Shown: positions 28,123 through 40,811 of the stretch, one piece after another
How the letters are laid out: each line of letters starts with the position of its first letter
Numbering within the stretch: the first letter of the stretch is position 1
The notes under the pieces: generated by a model
Told to the model about the DNA's origin: nothing
Database searches by the model: none
The model's input: only the letters and a program-made list of their open reading frames with translations
Program-made: the position numbers and the translations under genes
Assembly: GCA_021158245.1 (NCBI GenBank)
Contig: JAGGVB010000058.1
Span: forward strand, 24,349-88,348
Source of the DNA: a bacterium
Lineage (GTDB): Bacteria; Zhuqueibacterota; QNDG01
Direction: 5' to 3'
Length of the DNA: 64,000 bases

Positions 28123-29856
28123 TTACGATGATTCCTCCAGCTTTTTTTTAAGCTCGTTAATTTTTTGCGTGTATTTTTCGGTGTCTTCGGGGTATTTCTC
28201 AATTAATATTTCGTAAACCTGAATTGCCTTTTTAAACTGCCCCTGTGCCGAGTATATCTCTCCAAGAGTAGGGCTTACAATTTTAAGAGAGCTTTTTTCC
28301 CCATTGTCTGCATCTTCTTCCGGTTCCGGCTCCGGTTTTGGTTCCGAAATATCATTTTGCTGCTCAGCGGGCTGTTCTGTTATTCCCTGCCCGGTGTCTT
28401 CGTTAATTTCCGATAGAGGTTCGGGAGATTCTTCTTGTACTTTTTTTTCTGCAATTTGTTCGGTTATCTCTGCGTCAGAAACATCGGTAATAGATTCTTC
28501 CTGTTCCTCTGATACTGTATCATCAGCAGGGATCTCTTCAGTTGAATCGGGAATTTCAATTTCCGGCTCCTTATCTTCAGCAGAAACAGTATCCCGGCCT
28601 GAAGAAACTTCGGCATCTTCATCTTTAAACAATTGATCGCTTATTCCGGGTTCGTCGAATTCTTCATCTTTAAAGAAATCAATACTCTCTTCTTCAGAAG
28701 AAGATACAGGTACCTGTTCTGCTGTGTCTTGACTTCCCTGATCTGTAGTTCCTGTTATATTTGAAAGAAAGCCTTCTTCAAAGAATGGTTCGTCAGATGT
28801 ATCTTCCGGTTTAACATCCGTATCTTCATCAGGCAGCAGGATGTCCTTTAAATGTTCATCTTCGGTGTAGAGATTTTCAGTTTCGGATTTTTGATTTATG
28901 GCCTGATTTATATCATTGACTATTTCATCAAGTCCTGTGTCAGGCAGATTTTCGTTAATATCAGGCTCTGAAATATTCTTTTCGGCAAGTTCCGGTTCAT
29001 CCTCCGGAAGAGCCGCACTATTTTTGCCAGCTTCCTTTTCCTCTTCTGTTTCGGATTTATTCTCAGGCTGTTTTTCAAACAGCTTTTCAGCATTGTTAAT
29101 AGTATTTTCAAGTTCTTGGTTTTTATTATCGTTCCCGGAAGAAGCTGAAATATCGTCGAGGTCAAAATCCGAAAGATCCAACTCCCCTGAATAGCTTTCA
29201 TTAGATTTATTGTCAGCAGAATGATCTTCGGATATTTTATTGAGGCCTTCTCCTGATGCGGCAAATTTTTCAAGATCAAATTCGGAAAGATCCAATTCGG
29301 AATTTTTTGAAGATGAAGCCTCGCCTGCCTTGATATTAAGCTCCTGTTTTTTCTGTGAGACCTTTTCACTGCGTTCAAAAATAGGGGGAGTACCGGATAT
29401 CCACTCTTTTTCTTTGGGGCCGGAATATACGTTTTTACCTTCAGGAGGTTTTACTGAAAATGAAAAAGTATCCAGCATCTGTGCTGTCTCTTCGTCAAGA
29501 GGATCTATTTCAAGAATGTCCCTGTAATGAATAGCAGCCTGATTTTCCCATCCGATTCTTGCCATAAGGTCGCCGAGTAGTTTATGGGCATGAAGGAATA
29601 AACGATCATGTGATATGACTTTTTTAAGAGCCTCTTCTGCTTTTTCTCTTAAATTTTTTGCAATGTATGCTTTTGCAAGTACAAAGTGTCCTGTGACATA
29701 AGAAGGGGATGCCTGAATGCCCTGCTCAAGCAGATTTATTGCATCATCAATTCTGCCCTGTTCAAGATAGAGCCCTGCAAGGCGGGCAAACACAAGGGAT
29801 TTAGGGTTATTCTTTATAATATTTTCAAGAGATTGAGTAATGTTTTTATCATTCAT
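28123..29856 (-). CDS. TPR-repeat protein with ~330-aa acidic (D/E/S-rich) low-complexity central region
   Basis: N-terminal TPRs (LVFARLAGLYLEQGRIDDAINLLEQGIQASP...) and a C-terminal TPR (LGEIYSAQGQFKKAIQVYEILIEKYPED). The central region has internal repeats ELDLSEFDLEKF / ELDLSDFDLDDI. Confidence 0.6.
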   Translation of the reverse strand: MNDKNITQSLENIIKNNPKSLVFARLAGLYLEQGRIDDAINLLEQGIQASPSYVTGHFVLAKAYIAKNLREKAEEALKKVISHDRLFLHAHKLLGDLMARIGWENQAAIHYRDILEIDPLDEETAQMLDTFSFSVKPPEGKNVYSGPKEKEWISGTPPIFERSEKVSQKKQELNIKAGEASSSKNSELDLSEFDLEKFAASGEGLNKISEDHSADNKSNESYSGELDLSDFDLDDISASSGNDNKNQELENTINNAEKLFEKQPENKSETEEEKEAGKNSAALPEDEPELAEKNISEPDINENLPDTGLDEIVNDINQAINQKSETENLYTEDEHLKDILLPDEDTDVKPEDTSDEPFFEEGFLSNITGTTDQGSQDTAEQVPVSSSEEESIDFFKDEEFDEPGISDQLFKDEDAEVSSGRDTVSAEDKEPEIEIPDSTEEIPADDTVSEEQEESITDVSDAEITEQIAEKKVQEESPEPLSEINEDTGQGITEQPAEQQNDISEPKPEPEPEEDADNGEKSSLKIVSPTLGEIYSAQGQFKKAIQVYEILIEKYPEDTEKYTQKINELKKKLEESS

Positions 29857-29972
29857 GCTTTGACCTGTTGAATAATTTAAATGTTTTCACCTGGGGGAAT
29901 CTAAAAAATGTATTAATAATTACCTTTAATGACAAGCATTTTTCTCAAATTAATGTATAAATTTTAAGTTTT

Positions 29973-30479
29973 TTACCAACCTGAAACTGTTTTGTTAAGA
30001 ATATCTGTTGTAAGTTTTGATACTGCATCTTTAATTCCCTGATTTCTGTCGCTTTCATATTGGCCCCACTGAGACCAGGTCTCTTCCCAGAATACTTTAC
30101 GCTTTTTCACATCTTCAAAAGATACTTTAATGTTAATTGTAATTCTGTACGATGAAGCGTTTTCATTAGCATCGTACTGTCCTGCCCTGTCTGTAATCTG
30201 AAGTATTGTTCCCTTTAAAATGGAATCTGCATTTCGTGTGTCTGCTATTTTTAAAGTATTGTCTGCGGATATAGCCTCAATTAATGCATCTGTAATCTGC
30301 TGGTCAATGCCGAATTCCGGAGTGTTATTTTCAAAAAGAGGGATTCCTACTGTTTTGATATTAGATGGAATAGTGGATCCGGAAAAAGAGTAGATTCCGC
30401 AGCCTGCAGAAAATCCGAGAAAAGCAAAAATAAAAATAAATAAAATATATTTCAGGATATCCGCAATTTTAATCTTCAA
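29973..30479 (-). CDS. Lipoprotein, LptE-like (LPS-assembly) by pattern
   Basis: Lipobox LGFSAGC, and a small alpha/beta layout loosely resembling LptE (lipobox-C then IKTVGIPLF...[14 protein letters not shown]). 11-nt overlap with the upstream sigma-54 activator gene. The family assignment is tentative. Confidence 0.4.
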   Translation of the reverse strand: MKIKIADILKYILFIFIFAFLGFSAGCGIYSFSGSTIPSNIKTVGIPLFENNTPEFGIDQQITDALIEAISADNTLKIADTRNADSILKGTILQITDRAGQYDANENASSYRITINIKVSFEDVKKRKVFWEETWSQWGQYESDRNQGIKDAVSKLTTDILNKTVSGW

Positions 30480-31626
30480 GATTGTGCTCCTTTATCTTTC
30501 TGTATAGAGTTCTTTCGCCTATTCCAAGGGCCCTTGCTGCTTTTCTTCTGTTGCCCTTAAATTTCCTTAAAGCTTGTTCAATAAGAATTCTTTCCATGTC
30601 TCTGAGGTTGAAATTTGTATCTTCCTGTGCAATCGGCTGATCTATGGGAGTTGCAGGCAGTTCGGAAGAAATCGGATGAGGAATTGGCTTATACGGAGGA
30701 TTATAGTTTTTTCTGATAAAGGTTCTGATATCTTCCACAGCAAGCCTTAAATCCACCAGTGCCCTGTATATCAGCTCACGCTCGGCCTGATCCGGAGACT
30801 TATTTAAAACAACAGGCAGATTTCTGTCATCTTCGGGGATAGTTGTTTTAAGATGTGAAGTAAGAAGGGCTTCATCTATTTTTTCACCTTTTCCAAGGAT
30901 CAAAACCCGTTCTACTACATTTTTTAACTCGCGGATATTTCCGGGCCACGGATTTTGTTCGAGCAGCCGGAACGCATCTGCTGTAAACCCTCTGAACGGA
31001 ATGTTATTTTTTTCACTTAGCTCTCTTGCAAAATACAGAGCAAGCATTCTTATGTCGTCCCTTCTCTTTCTCAATGGGGGGAGTTGTATATTTACTGCGT
31101 TTAGCCGGTAAAAGAGGTCTTTGCGGAATTCACCTTTTGAAACAGCCTGTTCAAGATTTTGGTTTGTCGCTGCAATAACTCTCACATCTGTTCGGATGGA
31201 TGTTGTGCCTCCAACCCTCATAAATTCCTGCGTTTCAAGTACACGAAGCAGCCGCACCTGGGTGGACAGGGGCATTTCTCCGATCTCATCAAGAAAAAGC
31301 GATCCTCTGTCTGCAATTTCAAAATAACCTTTTCGTTTTTCTGTTGCGCCTGTAAATGAGCCTTTTTCATGCCCGAACAGCTCACTCTCCAGCAACCCTT
31401 CGGGAATTGCTCCGCAGTTTACAGTAACTATCGGGTTCTGAGCTCTCGGGCTTAACAAGTGAATTGCCCTTGCTATTTTTTCCTTGCCTGTTCCGCTTTC
31501 TCCTGTAATCAGTACAGTTATCTGCAATGGAGATACCTGCTTAACCGTCTCAAGTACTTTAAGAAACTCGTCAGACTTTCCTATGATACCGAGAGATGAG
31601 ATAATACTGTTTGCTTTTTTTTCCAT
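30469..31626 (-). CDS. Sigma-54-dependent transcriptional activator (bEBP), AAA+ plus Fis-type HTH, no N-terminal regulatory domain (PspF-like architecture)
   Basis: Walker A GESGTGKE at about residue 42, GAFTGA variant [15 protein letters not shown], Walker B/R-finger region and C-terminal HTH ([21 protein letters not shown]). Confidence 0.85.
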   Translation of the reverse strand: MEKKANSIISSLGIIGKSDEFLKVLETVKQVSPLQITVLITGESGTGKEKIARAIHLLSPRAQNPIVTVNCGAIPEGLLESELFGHEKGSFTGATEKRKGYFEIADRGSLFLDEIGEMPLSTQVRLLRVLETQEFMRVGGTTSIRTDVRVIAATNQNLEQAVSKGEFRKDLFYRLNAVNIQLPPLRKRRDDIRMLALYFARELSEKNNIPFRGFTADAFRLLEQNPWPGNIRELKNVVERVLILGKGEKIDEALLTSHLKTTIPEDDRNLPVVLNKSPDQAERELIYRALVDLRLAVEDIRTFIRKNYNPPYKPIPHPISSELPATPIDQPIAQEDTNFNLRDMERILIEQALRKFKGNRRKAARALGIGERTLYRKIKEHNLED

Positions 31627-32370
31627 TCAGATCCTCAAAATATCTCCATCATTGAGTAAAACAACATTCCGGTCGGAATTATCGAATTTTCCGTCCGGAT
31701 TAAAATCCGGCGGGAAATGAGTGAGAGCTATTTTTTTAATATTAAATTTTTCTGCAAATGAAAGAACCGAATCCATTGAAATGTGGGCAGTTTCAGAAAT
31801 AAGAAGGGGAGAGTTAAAAGCATAATCTCTCAGATGGTTTAATGACCGGACATCAGACGAGTAGATTGCCTTTTTATTTCTTTCTGTGATGATAATGCTG
31901 AAACTGTACACATTCTCATTAAATTTTTCCCCTTGCTTTCCGGCATTCAGATGATCATTGCCTGCTGCTGTTAAAGAAAGGCTGCTATTTTTAAAAAAAA
32001 TACCATTTTTCAAAGGCCTGAAAATAAGCCTGAACGGAAGCGTTTCAGGCCTGATTCTCATGTAAGGTAAAAAGGTTCGGAATGCATCGCATAAATATTC
32101 AGGTGCATAGATTATGAAATCATTTTTACGTTCAGTTAGTTTCATCCAGAACAGAAGGCCGAAAATGCCGGCAGAATGATCAATATGAGCATGAGTGATT
32201 ACTCCTGCATCAATTTCTGCCGGATCAATGCCGAATTTTGCAAGCTGACGTGCCGTACCGTCACCTATATCAAGCAGTATTTTTGTACTGTCTGCCTGCA
32301 GAATCAGGCATGAACTTCCCCTGTTTGGAACAGGCATACTGGATGATGTACCGATAGCCTGTAAAATCAT
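31627..32370 (-). CDS. MBL-fold metallo-hydrolase (RNase Z/ElaC-like size)
   Basis: HAHIDHSAG (HxHxDH) motif; 247 aa. Confidence 0.7.
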   Translation of the reverse strand: MILQAIGTSSSMPVPNRGSSCLILQADSTKILLDIGDGTARQLAKFGIDPAEIDAGVITHAHIDHSAGIFGLLFWMKLTERKNDFIIYAPEYLCDAFRTFLPYMRIRPETLPFRLIFRPLKNGIFFKNSSLSLTAAGNDHLNAGKQGEKFNENVYSFSIIITERNKKAIYSSDVRSLNHLRDYAFNSPLLISETAHISMDSVLSFAEKFNIKKIALTHFPPDFNPDGKFDNSDRNVVLLNDGDILRI

Positions 32371-33290
32371 TTTAATTTATTCTTAAAAAAATTAACGGTT
32401 TCTTCTATCCCCTGTTCAAGGCTGCGTGAGGGTTCCCATTCCAGAACTTTTTTTGCTTTGTCGAAACTAATTACACTGCGCTGCTGTTCCCCTGGTTTTG
32501 CAGGGCCGTGCTTTTCTTCGGCATCTGCACCTATTGCTTTGTTTATCATACTGAAAAGTGTATTAACATCTGTCTCAATGCCTGTGCCGACGTTAAAAAT
32601 ATTATTACCGTCTATGTTCAAACCTGCCATGTTGGCTCTGACTACATCCTTTACAAATACATAATCTCTCGTCTGAAGTCCGTCGCCGTTTATTACAGGC
32701 TTTTCTCCTTTGAGAAGTCTTTCTGTGAATATAGCAACAACTCCTGCTTCTCCGTGGGGATTTTGTCTTGGGCCGTAAACATTTGCATATCTGAAGATTG
32801 TATATTTTAGATTGTATTCTCTTGCATAGAAAAACAGGTATTTTTCCACTGCGAGTTTTGTGATGCCATAAGGCGAGACCGGACGGGTAGGGTGTGTTTC
32901 ATCACACGGGAATACATCCTGATCTCCGTAAATCGCTCCGCCTGTAGATGCAAACATAAAACGCTTTACTTTGTATTTAACAGCATTCTGTAAGAGGTTC
33001 AATGTACCTTTGACATTTACATCTGCGTCAAACAGAGGCTCTTTCACAGACCTTCTTACATCCATTTGTGCTGCGTGGTGACAAACAATGTCAAATTTTT
33101 CAATGCTGAATATTTTATCAATTTGTTCGGCTCTTATATCAATAAGATAGAACTTGGCTTTGGGGTTAAGGTTCGCAATGTTCCCTGCCTCAAGGTTGTC
33201 AATTACAACAACATCGTGCCCCTGGTTTATAAAGCCGTCTGTAATGTGTGACCCAATAAAACCTGCACCGCCGGTTACGAGTATCTTCAC
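32367..33290 (-). CDS. NAD-dependent sugar-nucleotide epimerase/dehydratase (SDR extended family)
   Basis: TGGAGFIGSH Rossmann motif and YxxxK catalytic motif (SPYGITKLAVE). Confidence 0.85.
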   Translation of the reverse strand: MKILVTGGAGFIGSHITDGFINQGHDVVVIDNLEAGNIANLNPKAKFYLIDIRAEQIDKIFSIEKFDIVCHHAAQMDVRRSVKEPLFDADVNVKGTLNLLQNAVKYKVKRFMFASTGGAIYGDQDVFPCDETHPTRPVSPYGITKLAVEKYLFFYAREYNLKYTIFRYANVYGPRQNPHGEAGVVAIFTERLLKGEKPVINGDGLQTRDYVFVKDVVRANMAGLNIDGNNIFNVGTGIETDVNTLFSMINKAIGADAEEKHGPAKPGEQQRSVISFDKAKKVLEWEPSRSLEQGIEETVNFFKNKLK

Positions 33291-33454
33291 TAATTCCTCC
33301 TGTTAAATCCGTATGAATTGTATACATGAATTATAGTAATAAGCAGGGAAAAAATCAAGATATTATGTTATATGAAATAATAATTATAATTAACGGCAGG
33401 ATCGTTAGGTTATGAAGATAAAAAAAGGTTGATAAAAAGAATATTTTCACGTAG

Positions 33455-35560
<2,106 letters not shown>

Positions 35561-35579
35561 TCTGAATAAAAAAGATGGT

Positions 35580-36740
35580 ATGATAAATAATACAAATATA
35601 CAGACAGATGAGCTTGAAGTTTACAGCAGGCGGAATCTTGTTATAGTAAGAGGGAGTGGATCCCGTTTATGGGACGAGAATGGCGATGAATACATTGATT
35701 GTGTCGGTGGGATAGGTGTCGCTTCCATAGGACATGCCAATGAGTTTTTAAGATCAGCCTTGTCAGATCAGGCAGGAAGGCTGATCAGCGTGTCTAATCT
35801 TTTTTACAATGATACAAGGATGCTTCTTGCTAAAAAACTCACAGGAATTGCTCCGGAATACTTAAACAGGGTATATCTGTGTAATTCCGGTACTGAAACA
35901 ATGGAAGCTGCAATCAAGTTTGCAAGACTGTCTTCGGGAAAGACGGATTTTGTATGCGCGAAAAGAGGATTTCACGGCAGGACTATGGGCGCTTTGAGCG
36001 CCACATATAAAGAGCAGTATAAAAAACCTTTTGAACCTTTGGTACCGGGTTTTAAGTTTGCAGAGTTTAATGACCTTAATGCTTTTATCAACTCTGTTGA
36101 TACAGACACAGCTGGGATAATTATTGAAATTATCCAGGGTGAAGGAGGAATTTATCCTGCTGATCAGGAATTTGTACAAGGACTGGGCAGGTTCTGCTCT
36201 GAAAATGATATACTCATTATAATTGATGAAGTGCAGACAGGAATAGGGCGTACAGGATCAATGTTTGCTTTTGAGCAGTACGATATTAAGCCTGACATTG
36301 TTACTATTGCAAAGGGCCTTGGCGGAGGAGTCCCAATCGGCGCCGTCCTTGTATCGGATAAAATTCCGAAAATGCCCGGGAAGCACGGATCAACATTCGG
36401 AGGGAATCCTCTGTCATGTTCTGCGGCTCTTGCTGTCATCGAATTTATTGAGAGTAACGCTCTTGTCAGAGAGGCAGGCATAAAAGGGGATTATTTTGTT
36501 TCTCTTATAAAAAGTAAAAGACTGCCTGCTGTAAAAGAGATAAGGCACAGGGGGCTTATGATAGGAATTGAGCTCACTATACCGGTAAAAAGTATTGTGC
36601 TTTTAATGCAGCGCCGAGGTGTTCTTGTACTGACAGCAGGAGAAAACGTGATAAGGCTTTTACCTCCGCTGGTTATTACAAAGGAAGAACTTAAAATAGC
36701 TGCTGATGTTCTGGAAAGCGCACTTGAATCAGTTCAATAA
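35580..36740 (+). CDS. Class III PLP aminotransferase, acetylornithine/succinyl-DAP aminotransferase family (ArgD/DapC-like)
   Basis: DEVQTGIGRTG PLP-lysine region (ATAKGLGGG); start placed at ATG 35580 after the ligA stop (the track ORF starts inside ligA). Confidence 0.8.
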   Translation: MINNTNIQTDELEVYSRRNLVIVRGSGSRLWDENGDEYIDCVGGIGVASIGHANEFLRSALSDQAGRLISVSNLFYNDTRMLLAKKLTGIAPEYLNRVYLCNSGTETMEAAIKFARLSSGKTDFVCAKRGFHGRTMGALSATYKEQYKKPFEPLVPGFKFAEFNDLNAFINSVDTDTAGIIIEIIQGEGGIYPADQEFVQGLGRFCSENDILIIIDEVQTGIGRTGSMFAFEQYDIKPDIVTIAKGLGGGVPIGAVLVSDKIPKMPGKHGSTFGGNPLSCSAALAVIEFIESNALVREAGIKGDYFVSLIKSKRLPAVKEIRHRGLMIGIELTIPVKSIVLLMQRRGVLVLTAGENVIRLLPPLVITKEELKIAADVLESALESVQ

Positions 36741-36773
36741 TTTATATGATACATTAAATGTAATGAGGTATGA

Positions 36774-37865
36774 ATGCTTGATAATCCGGTGTTTACACAG
36801 AAGAGAAGAATAACAAGAGAAGTGTTTGCCGGCAAGGTGGCAATTGGAGGCCAGTCACCTGTGACTGTCCAGTCCATGACAAATACAAAAACAGACGATG
36901 TTGAAAGTACTGTTGAACAGATAAGAGTCCTTTCTGCAGCAGGATGTGATATAATACGAGTTGCAGTACCTGATAAAAAAGCCGGATATGCAATCCCTGC
37001 AATAAAAGAGCAGATCAATATCCCTCTTGTTGCTGACATACATTTTGATTATCGTCTGGCTCTTCTTGCAATTGAAATGGGAGCGGACAAAATCAGAATT
37101 AATCCGGGAAATATCGGGTCTGAAGAGCGTGTGGCAAAGATACTCGAAGCAGCATCTTTAAAAAGTATTTCAATAAGAATAGGAGTAAACAGCGGCTCAC
37201 TTGAAAAAGATATACTCTCAAAGTACGGCCACCCGGGAGCACAGGCTCTTGCGGAGAGCGCTCTGCGCCACATTAAATTTTGTGAGAAACATGGATTTTA
37301 CGATATTGTTGTTTCTGTAAAAGCTTCCGATGTAGGAGTGATGATAGAAGCAAACAGAATTGTATCAAAAGAGACAGATTATCCTGTCCATCTCGGAGTA
37401 ACAGAATCGGGAAGCGTAAAGAGCGGAGTAATTCGTTCGGCAGTCGGAATAGGCACGCTTCTCGCAGAAGGAATAGGAGATACCATACGTGTATCCCTTA
37501 CAGGAGATAATGCTGAGGAGATAAGAGCAGGATTTACAATATTAAATTCTCTCCATCTCAGGAAAAAAGGCGTTACTATAATTTCATGCCCTACATGCGG
37601 ACGTACAGAGACTGATGTAACAAGCATTGTTGAGGAACTTGAAGAGGCTTTAAAGGATATCGATAAACCGGTTGTTGTTGCTGTAATGGGATGTGCTGTA
37701 AACGGTCCCGGCGAGGCTCGGGAAGCAGATATCGGTGTTGCATGCGGAAAAAATGAAGGGCTGCTTTTTAAAAAAGGCGAGGTGATTAAAAAAATTCCCG
37801 AGAAGGATATCGTATCTGTGCTGAAAAAGGAGGTGGATGAGTGGAAGGAGAATAGCGAAAAGTGA
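36774..37865 (+). CDS. ispG: 4-hydroxy-3-methylbut-2-enyl diphosphate synthase IspG (GcpE)
   Basis: TIM-barrel region (VADIHFDYRLAL) and C-terminal 4Fe-4S Cys triad (ISCPTCGRT...MGCAVNGPGE). Confidence 0.9.
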   Translation: MLDNPVFTQKRRITREVFAGKVAIGGQSPVTVQSMTNTKTDDVESTVEQIRVLSAAGCDIIRVAVPDKKAGYAIPAIKEQINIPLVADIHFDYRLALLAIEMGADKIRINPGNIGSEERVAKILEAASLKSISIRIGVNSGSLEKDILSKYGHPGAQALAESALRHIKFCEKHGFYDIVVSVKASDVGVMIEANRIVSKETDYPVHLGVTESGSVKSGVIRSAVGIGTLLAEGIGDTIRVSLTGDNAEEIRAGFTILNSLHLRKKGVTIISCPTCGRTETDVTSIVEELEEALKDIDKPVVVAVMGCAVNGPGEAREADIGVACGKNEGLLFKKGEVIKKIPEKDIVSVLKKEVDEWKENSEK

Positions 37866-37960
37866 ATAGTAAAAAGGGAATAGGGCCTGGGCGTCCGTTT
37901 TTTGACATTTTTTAAAGGGAATTCTCAGATGCCGGCAAAAAAAGGTCAGTTATTGAATCT

Positions 37961-38036
37961 ACAAACTTTATGAACTTTACAAACTTTATGAACTTTATAA
38001 CTTTATGAACTTTATAACTTTATGAACTTTATAATT
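37961..38036. repeat. Tandem repeat, about 8 x 9 bp (AACTTTATG/A), 17-bp higher-order unit AACTTTATGAACTTTATA
   Basis: CTTTAT recurs at 37966, 37975, 37984, 37994, 38001, 38010, 38018 and 38027. The core TTTATAACTTT is the reverse complement of AAAGTTATAAA in the 22018-22122 array. Confidence 0.85.
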
Positions 38037-38066
38037 TCCAACTCTTTCCCGGAAGAACCAATAGTT

Positions 38067-39440
38067 TTAACCTTCAAGCCCTGATTCATTAATAAGCAAT
38101 TGCTCAAGAGATTGGGGCTTTCTGATTATTTTTATTTCTCCTTCTGAAGTAAGCATAAGCTCTGCTGCCTGAAGATAGGAGTTGTAGTTAAACGGTGCAA
38201 GGGATGAGCTGTAAGCCCCTGTGCCGCCTATTATAATATAATCCCCTGTCTCAGGTTTTACCATTGCACGGGGAGCAACTGTACCGTCTTCATTTAAACA
38301 TTGTGAATCGCCTGTTTCACAGCATCTGCCTACAATTACACCTGGAACAGAGCTGTTAGCAGAACTCATATAATCGGACCACAGCAGATTTCCATGTTTT
38401 GCTACAATATAAAATGGATGTCTGGCGCCGTACATAAGCGGGCGCGGATTTGATTCCATTCCTCCGTTCAGAAGAAAGAACCAGAAGGTCTCGTCTTTAT
38501 TTGGTTTTATGTCAATTACTGAAGTTACAAGATAACCGCTGTTTGCAACAGCATATGTACCCGGTTCAATCTCAAGAATTATTTTTCTTCCTGTCTGCCT
38601 GTAAAAATTTATAAATTTCTCTTTTGTATATTCTCCCAGCTCTGTCGTGTCTGCGGCGGTTTCGTCAGGCATGCGTGCAACTTTGAACCCTCCTCCGAGA
38701 TTTATTATTCGGACGTCAGGGAAAAATCTTTCAACAGTGCTCAGAGTTTTGTTAACATTTTTCTTCCAGTCTTCAGGATTGCTTCCTGATCCTATATGCA
38801 CATGGATGCGGGTGAATTTAATATTGTTTTCCTCTGCAAAGGAGAGAACTTTGGGAAGTTCCGACTCCTGTACTCCAAAACTTGCATAATGATCACCTGT
38901 GTTTCTTGTGGCAGATGCTCCTGAACCCTGTCCAGGGTGAATCCTTATGGAAAGATCAATTTTGTTCTTAATTACAAATGATGCGATGTTTTTAAGCTGG
39001 AGAAAAGAGCACACGGTGTATTTAAGCCCTTTTTTCATCATATTTTGAAGAAGGATAAGATCTTCTCCATGCGGGACATCCTGGCTTGTAAGAAGGATTT
39101 TATTAAAAGATATCCCTGCAATACAGGCTCTTGCAGCTTCGTTTAAAGAGCCTGCGTCAAACATCATGCCCTGTTTTTTTATGAGTTCAAGTACAGCCCT
39201 TGACGGATTTGCTTTGATAGCGTATCTCACATTTATTCCAAATGCGTTCGGCATTCCCGTTAATGTACTGCACTGCCTCTCAATCATACTACCATCATAA
39301 AAGTAAAAGGGAGTTTCGCACATTCCTGCCGCGTTAAGAATGTCTCTGCTTGTTATATTTCCTTCAGGAAAGAGTTTATCTTTTGGCAAAAAATCAGTAT
39401 TAATATTTAAATCGGCCACATTAAGCTCCATGTTCCACAT
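38067..39440 (-). CDS. lysA: Diaminopimelate decarboxylase-like (Orn/DAP/Arg decarboxylase family 2)
   Basis: PLP-lysine motif YAIKAN, HPGQGSG, HVHIGSG, GGGF and CCETGD motifs of alanine-racemase-fold decarboxylases; overlaps the upstream aspartokinase gene by 20 nt and follows a lysine riboswitch. Confidence 0.6.
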   Translation of the reverse strand: MWNMELNVADLNINTDFLPKDKLFPEGNITSRDILNAAGMCETPFYFYDGSMIERQCSTLTGMPNAFGINVRYAIKANPSRAVLELIKKQGMMFDAGSLNEAARACIAGISFNKILLTSQDVPHGEDLILLQNMMKKGLKYTVCSFLQLKNIASFVIKNKIDLSIRIHPGQGSGASATRNTGDHYASFGVQESELPKVLSFAEENNIKFTRIHVHIGSGSNPEDWKKNVNKTLSTVERFFPDVRIINLGGGFKVARMPDETAADTTELGEYTKEKFINFYRQTGRKIILEIEPGTYAVANSGYLVTSVIDIKPNKDETFWFFLLNGGMESNPRPLMYGARHPFYIVAKHGNLLWSDYMSSANSSVPGVIVGRCCETGDSQCLNEDGTVAPRAMVKPETGDYIIIGGTGAYSSSLAPFNYNSYLQAAELMLTSEGEIKIIRKPQSLEQLLINESGLEG

Positions 39441-40791
39441 TAATAAACATTTTTGTATTTAACGTACGTTCAAAAAAATATTCATGCAGGGTTGAAACAA
39501 CATGTTTTATATCCTGCTCATCAATTACAAAACTGATATTTATTTCAGAAGCTCCCTGTGAAACCATATGAATAGGTACATCATTGAACAGATGGAATAT
39601 TCTTCCCATTATTGAAGGGTCATTTTTTAAAGTGCTGCCTACCACACAGACAATAGCTTTATTCTGCTGAAATTCAACTTTTGCAAATTCCTTAAGTTCC
39701 ATGATTATCTCATGAAGATGTTCCGTTTTGTAAATTGTAATTGAGACACTTACTTCTGACGTTGTTACAAGGTCTACAGGTGTTTCAAATTTATCAAAAA
39801 CTTTAAATATCGCAGACATAAATCCATAAGCCATCAGCATTCTTGTGGAAGTCACTGTAATTACAGTTATTCCCTCTTTGTAGGCAATTGATTTAACAAG
39901 TCCTGGTTCAGAAGGTACACTTTGGTCAAAGGTTATGAGAGTACCCTGTTCCGACGGATGCATGGAATTAAGAACTACTACCGGGATATTTTTTTCAATG
40001 GCCGGAATAAGCGTTGCAGGATGAAGAACTTTTGCTCCGAAATATGCAAGTTCCGCAGCTTCGTTAAAAGTCATCTGTTTTATCCTTCTTGCCTCGGATA
40101 TAATTGAAGGGTCAGCAGTAAGCACACCGTCAACATCTGACCATATCTCCACTCTGTCTGCTTCGAGAAGCGCACCGAATATAGTTGCTGAGTAGTCAGA
40201 GCCTCCCCGTCCCAGAGTTGTAGTTCTGCCAGAATTGTCACTTCCTACAAATCCCTGAATAACAGGTATTATTCCTTTGTCGGTGAGAGGGATGAGATAC
40301 TTCTTAATTCGTACAAATGAGGATGTCAAGTCAGGTTTTGCACAGCCGAAAGAACTGTCTGTAAGAAGAATATCCCGGGCGTCTGCCATTTGTGAATTTA
40401 TACCGCTTTTCCTCAGATTTGCAGATAGAAGATTTGCAGACAGAAACTCTCCTGTGCTGACAATTGAATCTGATATCTCAGGAGTGCATTGTGCTTCCGA
40501 AGATACTATCTCTTCTAAAAATGAGAAAGCGAATAATAAGCACTCTTCCCATTCAGAATCATGCAAAAACAGAAGCTCTCCTGTCATTATGTGGCGTTTT
40601 TTAATGTCAGATATTATCTCGTTTTTATTAGTATTTTTTTTACATAGCCTTAAAAGATTGTCTGTTACTCCGCTCATTGCAGAAACAACTATTATGGGAT
40701 TTTCCTGTTTCCTTGATTTTATTATGTTTGTTGCTCTCTGGACAGCTTCTGCATCTTTAAGAGAGGTACCTCCGAACTTCATCACTATCAT
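39421..40791 (-). CDS. lysC: Aspartate kinase (ACT-domain regulated)
   Basis: N-terminal MIVMKFGGTSL kinase motif and C-terminal tandem ACT domains. I place the start at 40791 (ATG with AAAGGAAAA SD); the track start at 40845 lies inside a terminator hairpin. Confidence 0.85.
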   Translation of the reverse strand: MIVMKFGGTSLKDAEAVQRATNIIKSRKQENPIIVVSAMSGVTDNLLRLCKKNTNKNEIISDIKKRHIMTGELLFLHDSEWEECLLFAFSFLEEIVSSEAQCTPEISDSIVSTGEFLSANLLSANLRKSGINSQMADARDILLTDSSFGCAKPDLTSSFVRIKKYLIPLTDKGIIPVIQGFVGSDNSGRTTTLGRGGSDYSATIFGALLEADRVEIWSDVDGVLTADPSIISEARRIKQMTFNEAAELAYFGAKVLHPATLIPAIEKNIPVVVLNSMHPSEQGTLITFDQSVPSEPGLVKSIAYKEGITVITVTSTRMLMAYGFMSAIFKVFDKFETPVDLVTTSEVSVSITIYKTEHLHEIIMELKEFAKVEFQQNKAIVCVVGSTLKNDPSIMGRIFHLFNDVPIHMVSQGASEINISFVIDEQDIKHVVSTLHEYFFERTLNTKMFINVEHGA

Positions 40792-40811
40792 ATAATTTTC
40801 CTTTATACAAA

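Noticed and set aside
28304-28636. 110-aa Ser/Gly-rich ORF on the plus strand (also 28916-29194 and 29240-29527)
   Set aside because: Antisense to the acidic low-complexity region of the TPR gene. A GAA/GAT-rich coding strand gives open Ser-rich frames on the complement. No RBS.}
37866-37960. Possible terminator after ispG (GGGCCTGGGCGTCCGTTTTTT)
   Set aside because: A U-tract is present but I could not find a convincing complementary stem upstream, so it was not called.
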